From: Tubiluchus corallicola
Lineage: Eukaryota; Animalia; Priapulida
Reading direction: 5' to 3'
Assembly (NCBI GenBank): GCA_030141605.1
Contig: JAQGDQ010000239.1
Span: 1 to 64,000, forward strand
Length of the DNA: 64,000 nt
The notes beneath the pieces are model-generated. The model ran no database searches. It had not been told where the DNA came from and saw only the letters and a list, made by a program, of their open reading frames with translations. Shown here piece by piece: positions 1 through 11,724 of this stretch. A program made the translations under genes and the position numbers. The first letter of the stretch is position 1. Every line of letters begins with the position of its first letter.

Positions 1-1475
1 GCACAGCTTTGACAGAGCTTATCTTTCTTATTTGTATATTATATTGTGGTACTTTTCATTCGTTGAAACAATACTGAGTGAATCTACCATGTCCCTGTCT
101 GCTGTGCCGTATTGTAGATTGTTAATCTGCTATAGTAAAAGAAAGCGAATATAAATACACACGGAATAATACAGACATTTATCTAGAAAAGATTCATCTG
201 TTTACAGAAATGATACCGTATATAAAAATAAACTAGTTAACACTGTTTCTGACGTGGTCAGAAACTGAAGATTTTGCAAACAATAGTTACAAAAGATGTT
301 AGCCTTTTGTTTGAAAATGGTAATTTAAATTTTATTGAATTCGTATTGTTGCTTGACTACACTTCACTTCACTACACTTCGAAACGAAATCGCAACTTGC
401 AACTTTTTAGCCTGTGACCCATGGGTCAAAGGTCAACCAAATGGGGCATAACTTATATAATTAAATTGGTCTCATTGAGACCTTTTATTTGACGAAAAGT
501 TACTTTTGGTCGACATTGGAACGCATTTGACTCCTCGACCCCTATTTTGCAACCTAGTAAGTTAGCATAGGTTAATCACAGATTAACGATTCTCATTGTG
601 TGCTATACCATTCGATTCGCCTCATTGAGGCCTTTCATTTTATATGTGCAAGGTACCATTGCTCAGCACTCGGTGCATTCCTGTTGCTAGGTGAGGTTGC
701 ACCTTTGTGAATGACAAAATATGGGGCGTGTAATGTGTACATATAGGAAACTTTTCTGCTAAGGGCAAAAACGGAAAAATGAGGGTTGCAAACTGGAATG
801 CACCGAGTGCTAAGCAATGGTACCTTGCACATATAAAATGAAAGGCCTCAATGAGGCGAATCGAATGGTATAGCACACAATGAGAATCGTTAATCTGTGA
901 TTAACCTATGCTAACTTACTAGGTTGCAAAATAGGGGTCGAGGAGTCAAATGCGTTCCAATGTCGATCAAAAGTAACTTTTCGTCAAATAAAAGGTCTCA
1001 ATGAGACCAATTTAATTATATAAGTTATGCCCCATTTGGTTGACCTTTGACCCATGGGTCACAGGCTGAAAAGTTGCAAGTTGCGATTTCGTTTCGAAGT
1101 GTAGTGAAGTGAAGTGTAGTCAAGCAACAATACGAATTCAATAAAATTTAAATTACCATTTTCAAACACAAGGCTAACATCTTTTGTAACTATTGTTTGC
1201 AAAATCTTCAGTTTCTGACCACGTCAGAAACAGTGCTAACTAGTTTATTTTTATATACGGCATCATTTCTGTAAACAGATGAATCTTTTCTAGATAAATG
1301 TCTGTATTATTCCGTGTGTATTTATATTCGCTTTCTTTTACTGTAGCAGATTAACAATCTACAATACGGCACAGCAGACAGGGACATGGTAGATTCACTC
1401 AGTATTGTTTCAACGAATGAAAAGTACCACAATATAATATACAAATAAGAAAGATAAGCTCTGTCAAAGCTGTGC
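1..1475. repeat. Long near-perfect inverted repeat (foldback): arms 1-681 and 795-1475, 113-bp spacer; the left arm may extend beyond the window
   Basis: Position 1 gcacagctttgacagagc is the reverse complement of gctctgtcaaagctgtgc ending at 1475. Pairing holds through to gcattcc(681)/ggaatgc(795), with about 7 substitutions seen by eye. Confidence 0.97.
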
Positions 1476-2332
1476 ATTATGTGTTTGACTTTTGAAAAAG
1501 GTATGGTGAATGCAAAGTAAGAATTAAAGTTTTGAATATTAAATTTACTGAACGTAATCTTATGAAGTTAATAGGTAGTTAGCTGTAGTTGTGAGAAATC
1601 TGTTATTAATATGCTATCAACATCAAACTACTCTGGTACTGTCCCAGGTCTATTAACAGATATTTCACAATTCCAGCTAGCATGCATTGTTGTCACCGTA
1701 TTGTGAGAAATCAGTCATATGATATTCTAAAAACATACGATTTATTCAAGTTAATTAATATTATTCATTTTTATTCCATATTGCAGCAAGACCTTTGCCT
1801 AATACGGGATGCCCATACTAAGCCAAACTTTTACAATGGTTTTTACTGAAACTGGGGGCAGATTTGCACAATAATTTCTTTAAATGTTTTTGACTATATA
1901 TTTGCAGTCTACTCAAATGTTACTTTAAATGCTAACACCATATTGGTAGTAATGGGTATCATTTGTACATCCAGTGTTGAGTGATTTTGACTTGTGAGCC
2001 TGTCATTAGCGGTGTAAGCATATTTATAATCTACTGTTTTGTTGGTACCAGTTGGCCAAAACTAAAAATTCATTATAGTCCCTTTGCTCTTTTTCCTGCT
2101 TTCAGGACTCGTAGACTTCTCATTCAACTCTACTTGTTCACTTTCGTCATAATTTTCTTGTTATTGTTGTCGCTTAGTAGAGCAAATTGCAACAAAGTGA
2201 AGTTGAACAAAACATTTGCTTGTTACTAGGTAGCAGCACACGGAATTACAAGAGCATGCCGTTTTGCCGCTAGTTGCGTTCGCAAAGCGAAGCACTTTAC
2301 CGGCGCTTTGTGCTAACTTTAATTTTTGTCGT

Positions 2333-2341
2333 CTCTTTCCG
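2333..2341 (+). promoter_or_regulatory. Pyrimidine-rich TCT/5'TOP-like initiator of SmB
   Basis: ctctttccg lies ~25 nt upstream of the predicted SmB ATG (2364) and follows a CpG-enriched stretch at 2230-2330. It resembles the TCT initiator of ribosomal-protein and snoRNA-host genes. Confidence 0.5.
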
Positions 2342-2363
2342 TTACATTACTTGAAAAAGCAAA

Positions 2364-5300
2364 ATGGTATGATAACCTAATTATTTTCAACTAAATTATT
2401 CGAGTAAATTCTTTTTGCTTGCCTTTTGCGAACTCAGTGTTACAATGATACCATTTGTATTTATTACCTCATTAATCGACCTTATTTTTTATATTTATTC
2501 GATTCCTACTCTCCTAGGCTTTACAGTGTAATCATTTTTTGTATATCTGCAGCTAGTTTTGTACGAGCCTCCTTTGTTGCATCCAAATATTTCGTTGTTA
2601 ATTTGAAGAACATCTGCAGATATAGGGTTACCATATTGTCTGAGTTGAAAAAGAGGACACTTTTTCGCACACTTGTAAGTAGGCAACAATGACCAGTTTA
2701 GGGTCTATTAAAACAATGCAAAATAAAATGCAAATGCTACCGGAAGCTGACGTCATTTTAAGTCGTTGGCGAATACGCCGAGTATCGACAGCGGTGTGAG
2801 TTGTGTGACCCATAGTGATGTGCGCATCGCTTACTTTTGTTCAGTAAATATATTTGCAGATTGAGGCAAAACCCGGACAAACTGCTGATTTTTTGAAAAC
2901 CCGCCCAGACAGTGGCCCAAAAAGAGGACGTGCCCGGGGAAAACGTATGGTAACCCTATGCAGATACCTTCTCTCACTAGGAGTAGTACTAGTAGTTAAG
3001 CTTTTATCATATCTCAAATACTAGCAGAGCTTTTAGTCATTAATGGTTTGCTAGTCATTGACTAGTGTTGTGTAAGCCCCTCAGCAAAGTTCAGAGTAGT
3101 GTCCCAAAAACCGATGCATTTCCCGGATTTTACTGTTGTTAATTTTGAAGGCTATTTGGCAAATTTTGCTTTCCAGTTAATTTCTTTAGAACTATGTTTC
3201 ATCTTTGCTGTTCAGTTACCAAAAGCCGTGGGTGTTTTATGTTGTGACTCTGCTAAAATAATAAAAAAGTGTCTTCCCGAAAGTCCACAAAATTTTACTA
3301 CTACTTACTACTATACTAGTGCTTGTTAGTAGAATATGTTACTAACTTTGTTGATGGCAATAATGCTCAATAATGGCACCCGATACTTGCTATACAAAAA
3401 AGCTGAATGATGATCATAGAACTTTCGCTGTCCATTTACACAGTTGTTTTACCCATTCCTGGTTAGAGGACGTATGAGAATGCATAGTGATCTCCATATC
3501 CTTTGATTTTCGGAAATACAACACTTTACACTATCACACTACTTTTATAGATGAGCTTTACAGACACATTACAGTTACACTTAGAAGTGCTTATCCTCAG
3601 ATGAATACGGCAATACAAAACTACTGTCGTTGCCACCATGTTTGTGCAAAACAAACTACAACATAGATGTTTCCCTTGTGATGTTAGTACAGAAGTAATG
3701 TGAGAGAAACTTATAAGCCATATTTTATCTCTGCTTGGAAAACTGTTAATGCTTCTAATATTAATCATCGTGGATAGCTGCTGCCTGCCGGAATCAGTAG
3801 GCAAGAATTTCAGTACCATGATTTGGTTTCATAATAGGCTTGTTTGTAAAGGGCAAGTGTCTCAAATGGGGTTCACGAATCCAATTTACTTTATTTCTTA
3901 TTTGAGAAACAATCGGTTTGTGTAAACAAATCGATTGTGAAACAGTTATGGAACGGGCTAAGTTCTTAAATCAAAGTTTGGCTTTAATGGACCACCTCTC
4001 ACCCTTTTGTCTGTTGATTAGAAGATTAACCGTATTATACTCTACATACCAGAGTATACAATGCTCTCCTCTCCGCATATATATATATATATATATTGAG
4101 ACTTCTGAATAAACAACTTTGGGATGCTAGACAGAGAGAAGCATTTTATACCCTGGTATGTAGGTTAAAATACAGTATATATATATATAATATATATGTA
4201 ATATAAAATAATATATATAACAAAATTTTAATATAGATAAATATTTATATTGTTTATACTTATATTTATGTAAATTTTGTTTATTTTTAAACAAATCTAC
4301 AGCTCATGCATTTCTGATCTGCAGTAGCTTGTAAGTAATGTTACTGAATCTGAGAAATTATTGTGCCTCTGTGGCATAGTGGTTAACATAGCTGTCCAGA
4401 AAGCAAAAGGCCTGAATCCAAGTCTTATTGGAGGTGCAAACCATTGATTTTCTAATTTAGTATTGCTTTCGTGTGTTTATTTGATTACTGCATGTACTCG
4501 CTTGTTCTAGGCTGGGAAATCAAATAAAATGCAACAGCACCTCAATTATAGGATGCGTGTAACCTTACAAGACAGTCGAATCTTCATTGGGACTTTTAAG
4601 GCCTTTGACAAACACATGAACCTTATCCTTGGTAAGTGAAGTTTGTAAAGGCATTTTAATATTTTTACTATTAATTCTTTATATGTTATCCATTGTTAGT
4701 CAACTAGTCATGCTTTTATGTAAAATAGGTAAGATTATTTTACTTGCTTTACAACATTATTGAAATTTGCAATATCTTTATGTTAATTTTAGTAACACCT
4801 TTTCTTCATTTTTTTAATTTAGCTGATTTTCTTTCGGCTAATATCTTATGACAACACTTTTTTTGCATTTAACAGGTGATTGTGAAGAGTTTCGTAAAAT
4901 GAAAGCTAAAGCAAAAGCTGGCGAGAAAGAAGAGAAAAGGGTACTTGGCCTTGTATTGTTACGAGGTGAAAACATTGTGTCTTTAACTGTGGAAGGACCA
5001 CCTCCTGCAGAGGTATAAATTACAATTCCATATCGTTTTAGCTATTTAAATATGCAGTGGATATCTTTTATTTATTTGGTGCAATATTTGATCATCTCAA
5101 TTTTTTGACATGGTCAGGATATGAAGAGCCATGGAAATCCATGATCCTTTAAGAAATATAATTCATAATTAATTTGCTTGCTTTTTTTATTTCAGGAAGG
5201 AGTGCCTCGAGTTCCTATTCCGGGTGCACTCGGAGGACCCGGCATGGGAAGAGCAGCAGGGAGAGGTGTGCCACCATCTGGTGGAGGTGGACCTCAACCA

Positions 5301-8300
5301 GGTAAATATTATAATTCTGTATGCGTGAACATTTACACTATCTGTGATAACAGCCTTTGCAGCATTTTTTGATATTAAATAGTTTTTTCAGGTAATAAAC
5401 TCAAGCTGTATTGTAGAGATTAGCTCAAAATTTGAATATTGCTTTGCCCTAATTATCTTCCATCTAATACAAGTCATTGAATGTTTTGTTTTTAAATGAT
5501 ATGATCAAGATCCGTTCTCGGAGAAAACAGATGTAGTGCCCATAAGAGTTAATAATAGTAATACGATACAGATTTGTGGATCATTTTAACCAATTTTGCT
5601 AGTCTTGATTCCCAGTGGATAAATACAGTCCTCGCTTAGAGATGCAAATGCATTCCAGCAAACGCAATGTTAACAGAAACATCGTTATAGAAAACAATGT
5701 AAAAGCATTCAGTTGCGTTTTCACCCGCAGATCAATGATCTCGATCTTCGTAAGATCATTCACGAAGTTGCCCTGCAAGACAATGCTTGGCTATGTAAAG
5801 CTCTCAGTTTCCTTGCCATGTACAAAAAGCAATAATGCTTGGCCCGTAAAAACCAAATGACCTCAACATGCAATAGACCAAATTTGGAATTCTCTCACCA
5901 GTAAAGTTGTCTAAAGTGAGTTTGTGCTGTAACTAACATGTACAGATAAGTGTCTAAGTATGGAATTGCTCCTTACCTTACCTGGAAATTTGACACATCC
6001 ATACTAAAGTTTACACGTGAAGTAAGTCAGGACAATATTTTGAATTTCATGGAGTGTCGGTTGATATTACAAATAACAATGCATCGTACTTCTTTATCAA
6101 AAATCTAACAGTTTTGTGTCACTCAAGATCACATGTTAGTAGTCAAGTAAAATATTGGGCTGTAAATAGCTTAATCGCTAGGGCAATAGTTTTAAAAATA
6201 AATTCAAAAAATTACTGACGTTGCTGCTAAAAATTGGTTTGAGCCCACACAGGATTAGAAAATTTTTAACTAGTCACTTAGAAAATAATGAATTTACATC
6301 TTTTACATTACATTCTGCAAATCAAATGTCTAGCAAGGTTGCTGTAGTTACCAAATATGTCAAATATCGTTTTAAATAAAGTGGGCTAATAAATAAGTTA
6401 ATTTCTCAATATAAGGAGTAATCAGCATCGAACATGTTCAAACATGTACCTGTGTGTGTTATTTTTACCAGCACACATTCACTTTATAAACTTTGCGGCT
6501 GAGAGCCTTGATTCCAAACTTGGTCTATCCTATGCCGTATGTAAATATGCCTGTCGTGGATGTGACAGCTTTTACGTAAGGTACATGCCAACGTAGCATC
6601 AATTTAGAATTTATGAGGATATGAAACCTAATAGTGCATTGTTTATGGAACATTATCGCAACTGTAATGCTGCTAATTTGAAGGAGGATTTTTCAGTTGT
6701 AGATGTTGCAGATAATAAGTTTAGTCTGCTCTTAAAGGAAGCATGTTTTATAATATTACTTCAACCTACACTAAACACAAAAGTCAAGTGATAGAGATGT
6801 AACTTAATTATGACTAATTTGAATTTTCCACTCCAACCTTATTTGGCAAGTGAGGTTGCTTTAAATAGATTTAGAAAAACTTTAGAGTGCGAATGTGGCA
6901 CTGTTATCATATGACGCATGTATAATACCTCGCAATTGTATTGTAATGTTTTTATATGCTTCAGCATTAAAAGCGTATTTTTGTGCAGGTTTGCAAGGAC
7001 CAGTCAGAGGTGTTGGTGGACCTTCACAGCAAGTTATGACTCCACGTGGACCTACAGTTTCTGCTCCTCCACAAATGCATCCAGGTATATTATTCATTAT
7101 TCAAAATTTTTTTCAGTATATAATTTTGAATTTTATTTGACTAAGATTGTTCACTTATTGACAAGAAAAAATATTTAATGCTATAATTTATTTATTCTTT
7201 AGTTTGATAAATGAATTAATTGAATGTGTGGCTTTAAATTCTCCTAATTTCGTAATATAGACTTATCTCCAATCCACAAATTGAAAAAATGCATATGGCA
7301 GTAAACTCATGCCCGCGATTGGGATTCATCCCAGCACGGGTTTGAATAGTAATGACACATTTCCCCTTGGGGCATGCTGACAATATCTCATCAGCTGAAT
7401 CTTGTTTAAAGCATGTGCTTTTTTTTACTGTCTCTTACATTGAAAAAGCTTAAGCCGTTGCCTTGTTCCAAAATGAGCAGTATGAACAAAAATAAAAAGT
7501 TATTTGTATTTTTTTATTTGAAGGTATGATGGGTGGTCCCCCACCAATGATGATGGGACGTGGTATGCCTGGAATGATGAGAGGAGGTGAGTTCTGTAAT
7601 TTAATTTCAATGCTTTTAATCTTTTGTTAAATGTATTTATTGATGTATGTTTAACATACCAGGTAAAAGAAAGAAACAGCTTAGTTAACTAAATTTCTAA
7701 TAGTAACTGGATATCCGGTCTGCTCAACGATTTTATACATTTAGTAGTTTTTTAGGTCCCCTGGCTTCCCTGTGCTATTCACACTTTAGGTTATAGCTAG
7801 GTATATCTGAGCATAGTCTTGATGTAGTGTTGAGATTTTTGGTATGGCTTAACGTCGAGACAAAATGATGGTCAAGGACAAATATCCCAAGAACATATAG
7901 GTAACAGGTACAAACCTCAATAGCTGCACGGCAATACTGCTGAAAAAACAGTGAGAGGATGTGAGTCAACTAATGCGAGGAATTAATGACTTGTAACCTT
8001 TTTATAACTCAACATAGACTAAAAGAATTTTAACCCCTTCCCTATGAAAGAATCCACCAGCTCAGTACAATGAATTAGAGTGACTTGTATCACAGTGACA
8101 ATCCAGCATTGACAAGATCCTTTTAAACCTCATCCTGGAGGAGAGTGGATCTAGCATTCGAACAATTCAAAATCTTAAGCATAGGTGTTAGATGATGGTT
8201 GAGAACTGTTAGGCGATGGCGTTCAATAGATAGATCGTTTAGTCCCACCCACCTTGATAACTTAACACCATTCTCACAAACACTCGCTCACTGCAAGTCT

Positions 8301-10218
8301 CTACAGTGTATAGACAAACGTGAAAAACATGGAGAATGGGTGAATTTCAAGTGATTTATCGGCAATTCCGGAAAATGCATCATTGTGTTAGAAACCAAAC
8401 TATAAGAACTTGAATAGGAAATCCTTACAAAGAGGACTTAATTATTATACGCAAGGATATGTGCACTATATCAAGATTTATTGTGAAGTTTCAAACATAG
8501 TTACAATAAAAGCGCTAGTTATAATAAAAGTTGCAACAAAGTGTTTATAACACTACATCAAAAAAATCCTGATAGCCCTGATTTAACAGGACACATTCTA
8601 CAAGTAGCCAGCAGTAATAAATAATAGTACAGTGTAATAATAAAACATTAAAAAACTTCTGCTTAAACAGCCAACACGACTTTTATTAATTTTTAATTGG
8701 TTGAGCTGTTCATGTGGCCTCCCGCATGCTCTAATCCAACGGTGGCACTTGTCTAAATCTTTTTTTGGGTTGGGGAAACTTATAACTCGAACTCCTGCTT
8801 CTAATCTTTCTGGATAGCAAACATCCACATTATACATGCCACAAGCACAACGCTTCACCATTTTTCACTACTATTAACGAATTTTAGCTGCACAAGGTTT
8901 TTTATGGAAAGAAAAAAGCAAAAATAATCATGAACATACACTTTAGCTGTATATTTCATATAGGCTTTAAGTGCAAATGTGGTGGGCATGTGAGAAAGCC
9001 CCCAACAATCCCAGGCACCAACAATCAAAGAACAGTAAGCGCTAAATAAAAGGGCCTCATTGGTCACTGCGATCTATGTATTACTATGTACTACTATGTA
9101 AAACTTGCCAAATGAGGACATAAATGCCAGCTATACAAAATTTGGATACGAAAACTGTCTGAAGATGTTTGATTAAGAGGCACTGCAGGGAAATTAGTGC
9201 CCTTTACATACCTTTATTGTCCTCGAGAATTTTTATGAACCATATTTGGCCAAAAAAGTGATTTTATTTCAAACCTCAATGTGTCATACATGAGAATTAG
9301 GGAACTTACAGCATCATCAATGCTCTTACATAGCTTATTGCATTCTGCATAGTTAGTATATTTAAAAAATTATCATATTTTGCATAGTTACAGATCTGAG
9401 ACTCAAAACATGAACTTGACGTAATACTTACGCTTTCTGGAAGTTTTAAGGCTTGATCAATTGACAACTTAGGGTTTTTTTTACACATTATGGCATTCTG
9501 TAAGCTGTGTGAAGCACTCAACAGCAGGATCTGCTTAACTGTAGATTGTTACAGCATGACTCTGACCTGCTGAGTGTTGCATGCTTATGGATAGTGCTCT
9601 GAGACGGGCCACGGCTGATGAAGCCACAAAATCACTTTTCTTGATTGTTACCCATTCTTTTATTAACAAGATCCAACATTGTTTAACTTTGTAACAATCT
9701 TAAACAATCATTACACAATCATTCCTCTCGCCATTGCTTGTTATTTGAAACAGTCCGTTAGTCTGACCATTGATTTGAAAAAAGTTGGGATAAACATTTT
9801 TTAAATTAAAATCACTATTTCCAATTATCTGTTTGTGAATTTAAGATACTGACTGTGGATTTGAGCACTAACTACAAGCTGGGTATTTATTATATCATTC
9901 TTTGGTCACAAATACATACAGCTTATGCTGTGCCTATGAATTCTCCATCATTGTTCATGTTAATTCAAACCTGATAGATTTTGAGATAAGAACTGAAAGA
10001 CTTGTAACTTGTCATGGGACTCACTGACAAAGACTTGAACCTTGCCGTAAAAGACTAGCTAATGTAGCTATTTTGTATATGAAGCATCGCTCACAGCTTG
10101 TGCATAGCCTTATTGTAATGTCTAGCTATTACTAACACAGACAATATTTGAAATGAGAAGCACCTTACTAATTAAATGTTGTTTTATATTAGGTCCACCT
10201 AGAGGAGGCGGTTATTGA
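2364..10218 (+). CDS. SNRPB: Small nuclear ribonucleoprotein SmB/B' (183 aa); coding exons 2364-2366, 4511-4631, 4876-5012, 5196-5301, 6989-7084, 7524-7586, 10193-10218
   Basis: Spliced translation M|[41 protein letters not shown]|DCEEFRK...[25 protein letters not shown]|...[11 protein letters not shown]...[19 protein letters not shown]...GPPRGGGY* contains the Sm1/Sm2 motifs and the RG/Pro tail of SmB. All introns are GT-AG and phase-compatible, and AATAAA is at ~10265. The ATG-only first exon (aaaATG|gtatga) is the least certain part. Confidence 0.95.
2623..2958. mobile_element. hAT-superfamily (Blackjack-like) MITE, 336 bp, in SmB intron 1
   Basis: TIRs TAGGGTTACCATA (2623) and TATGGTAACCCTA (ending 2958), flanked by a perfect 8-bp TSD TGCAGATA (2615-2622 and 2959-2966). 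Confidence 0.92.
4365..4436 (+). pseudogene. Degenerate tRNA-like sequence (tRNA pseudogene or SINE head)
   Basis: GCCTCTG...TGGAGGT forms an acceptor-like stem ~72 nt apart. The A-box TGGCATAGTGG is intact; the T-loop/B-box is degraded (gaatccaagtc). Confidence 0.55.
5990..6791 (+). mobile_element. Penelope-like retroelement fragment (RT C-terminus plus GIY-YIG endonuclease), decayed, in SmB intron 4
   Basis: Fragments LKFTRE, DNILNF and [19 protein letters not shown], followed by [56 protein letters not shown], match the PLE GIY-YIG layout; an internal stop is present. Confidence 0.8.
8598..8861 (-). mobile_element. THAP zinc-finger domain relic of a DNA transposon, antisense in SmB intron 6
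   Basis: [11 protein letters not shown]...[30 protein letters not shown]...VGC has the N-terminal Cys, FP and W-x3-C core of THAP domains. The second Cys and terminal HF are lost or frameshifted. Confidence 0.75.
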
Positions 10219-11279
10219 AAATGAAGAAAATGTTGTCAATCCAAGTAATGTGTACATAACTGTTAATAAACCTGCTGTATAATATTATTTTATTTTGATG
10301 AGTTTGCCTGTGTGAATTTCAAGATTTCATGTCCATTTTATTGTCATTTTCCGCAGTAGTATATCAGATTCAAAAATAGTTTTGTTTTATTGTTAATCAT
10401 CCTTCCTCTCGTATTTATATGCTAGGTCACAGTGTATTGTTTAACCTGCATAGTATTTTTAAAAGAGTTATTGTTCTTCATTATTGTATTTAGTTTGAAT
10501 TAAGTGCTAATAAAAAGTATAAACGTATTGTGAAAAGACTTACTAGTACTATTAAGTATAAAAATGTTAAATTTTAACAACAAATTTTCACCATTTTTCT
10601 AGTATATTTTTAGTTCATTAAATTCTTGCCTTGTTTGTATTTTTTATACAAACATTGTGCCAGTATGATGATACGAGCTGCTGAAATATTATGAAAGTTT
10701 ATAAAATGTGTATGGTACAATGTGATTTATCTCATCTCGTTTTAAAGTACTACTTTTCATGTAGTTATTTTGCATTTCATGTCTCATTGAATTTTCATGT
10801 TCTTTTCAAAGAGTGCTGCAAAAGTTATCACATTCAGTAATAAATGGATTTGCTAGTTTAGAACAACTACTTTGAGATTGCTTATCTTTTATAATAAAAA
10901 ATAAAAAGTGTGACTTGTGTTTTTTATTCTTCTGTTGACGTGCGTTTTCCTACAGAATTATTTTATGCTTACACTAATAATTTGCAGAACTGCTACTAAA
11001 TTGTGGTTTCCGATTTTTAGATGGCAGCACGTAACTAGGCGGAGAATAGCGATACCGATCATTCTTAGACAGGAACGTAGTGCATGATTGAGTTATTCGT
11101 TGTATTTCACATTGATAAATACTTTGTTCGTATGTTAATGGTTTTCTAAATATCTCGGTTGATATACTTGCATTACAAACTGGTACGGTAGATAACAAAC
11201 TAAAAAAACTAAGTAATGAACAATCGCTATTTCATTGAAATATCAAGTAGGAAAGTGCTGTCGAGACTATGAAATTGAT

Positions 11280-11466
11280 AGGTCAGCCATCTTTAAGTAG
11301 CGCGGTGGCAACACGATTCGTGTCATTTCATGGCAGTAGTTCATAGGAATTGTTAATGATAAGTTGTGCACTGTGTTAATATGGCACATACCTACCATAC
11401 GAATTAAGAGAAAAAGAATTTTTTCTATACAAATCGCCCGAAACAAACTGGCCACTTGAGGTAAGG
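11280..11466 (+). promoter_or_regulatory. Probable promoter and non-coding first exon of the zinc-finger gene
   Basis: YY1-like GCCATCTT at ~11286, local CpG enrichment and a strong donor GAG|GTAAGG at 11460/11461. The next clear acceptor is tttcag| at 13447, 5 nt before the ATG. Confidence 0.4.
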
Positions 11467-11724
11467 GATTGCGCCATCAGTACAGCGAAAAAAATGTTTT
11501 GTACATGTCCATAAAAATAGAAATTAGATAGCTAATTTGTTAGTGATAGAAGAAATGATATGCTGATGTTTTTAAATTGCACGCGGTTGTAGTTTTCAGT
11601 GAAACAAAATGCGGTTAACACGAAAAGCCCAGATTGCCATTTTAGTTAACACTAATAACAGCATAGTTATGCAGCTCAATGAGAATCACTCGATGCAAGC
11701 TTAGAAATATTGCAAATCTAGATA

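Noticed and set aside
635-876. ORFs of 65 and 78 aa across the palindrome centre
   Set aside because: No motifs; by-products of the inverted repeat.
3400-3510. ATGATGA box-C-like motif in SmB intron 1 (possible intronic snoRNA)
   Set aside because: No properly placed CTGA box D, terminal stem or recognisable rRNA guide.
9306-9640. Possible second Penelope end ([22 protein letters not shown]; CTGATGAAGCC)
   Set aside because: Too short and degenerate, and the two cues are on opposite strands.
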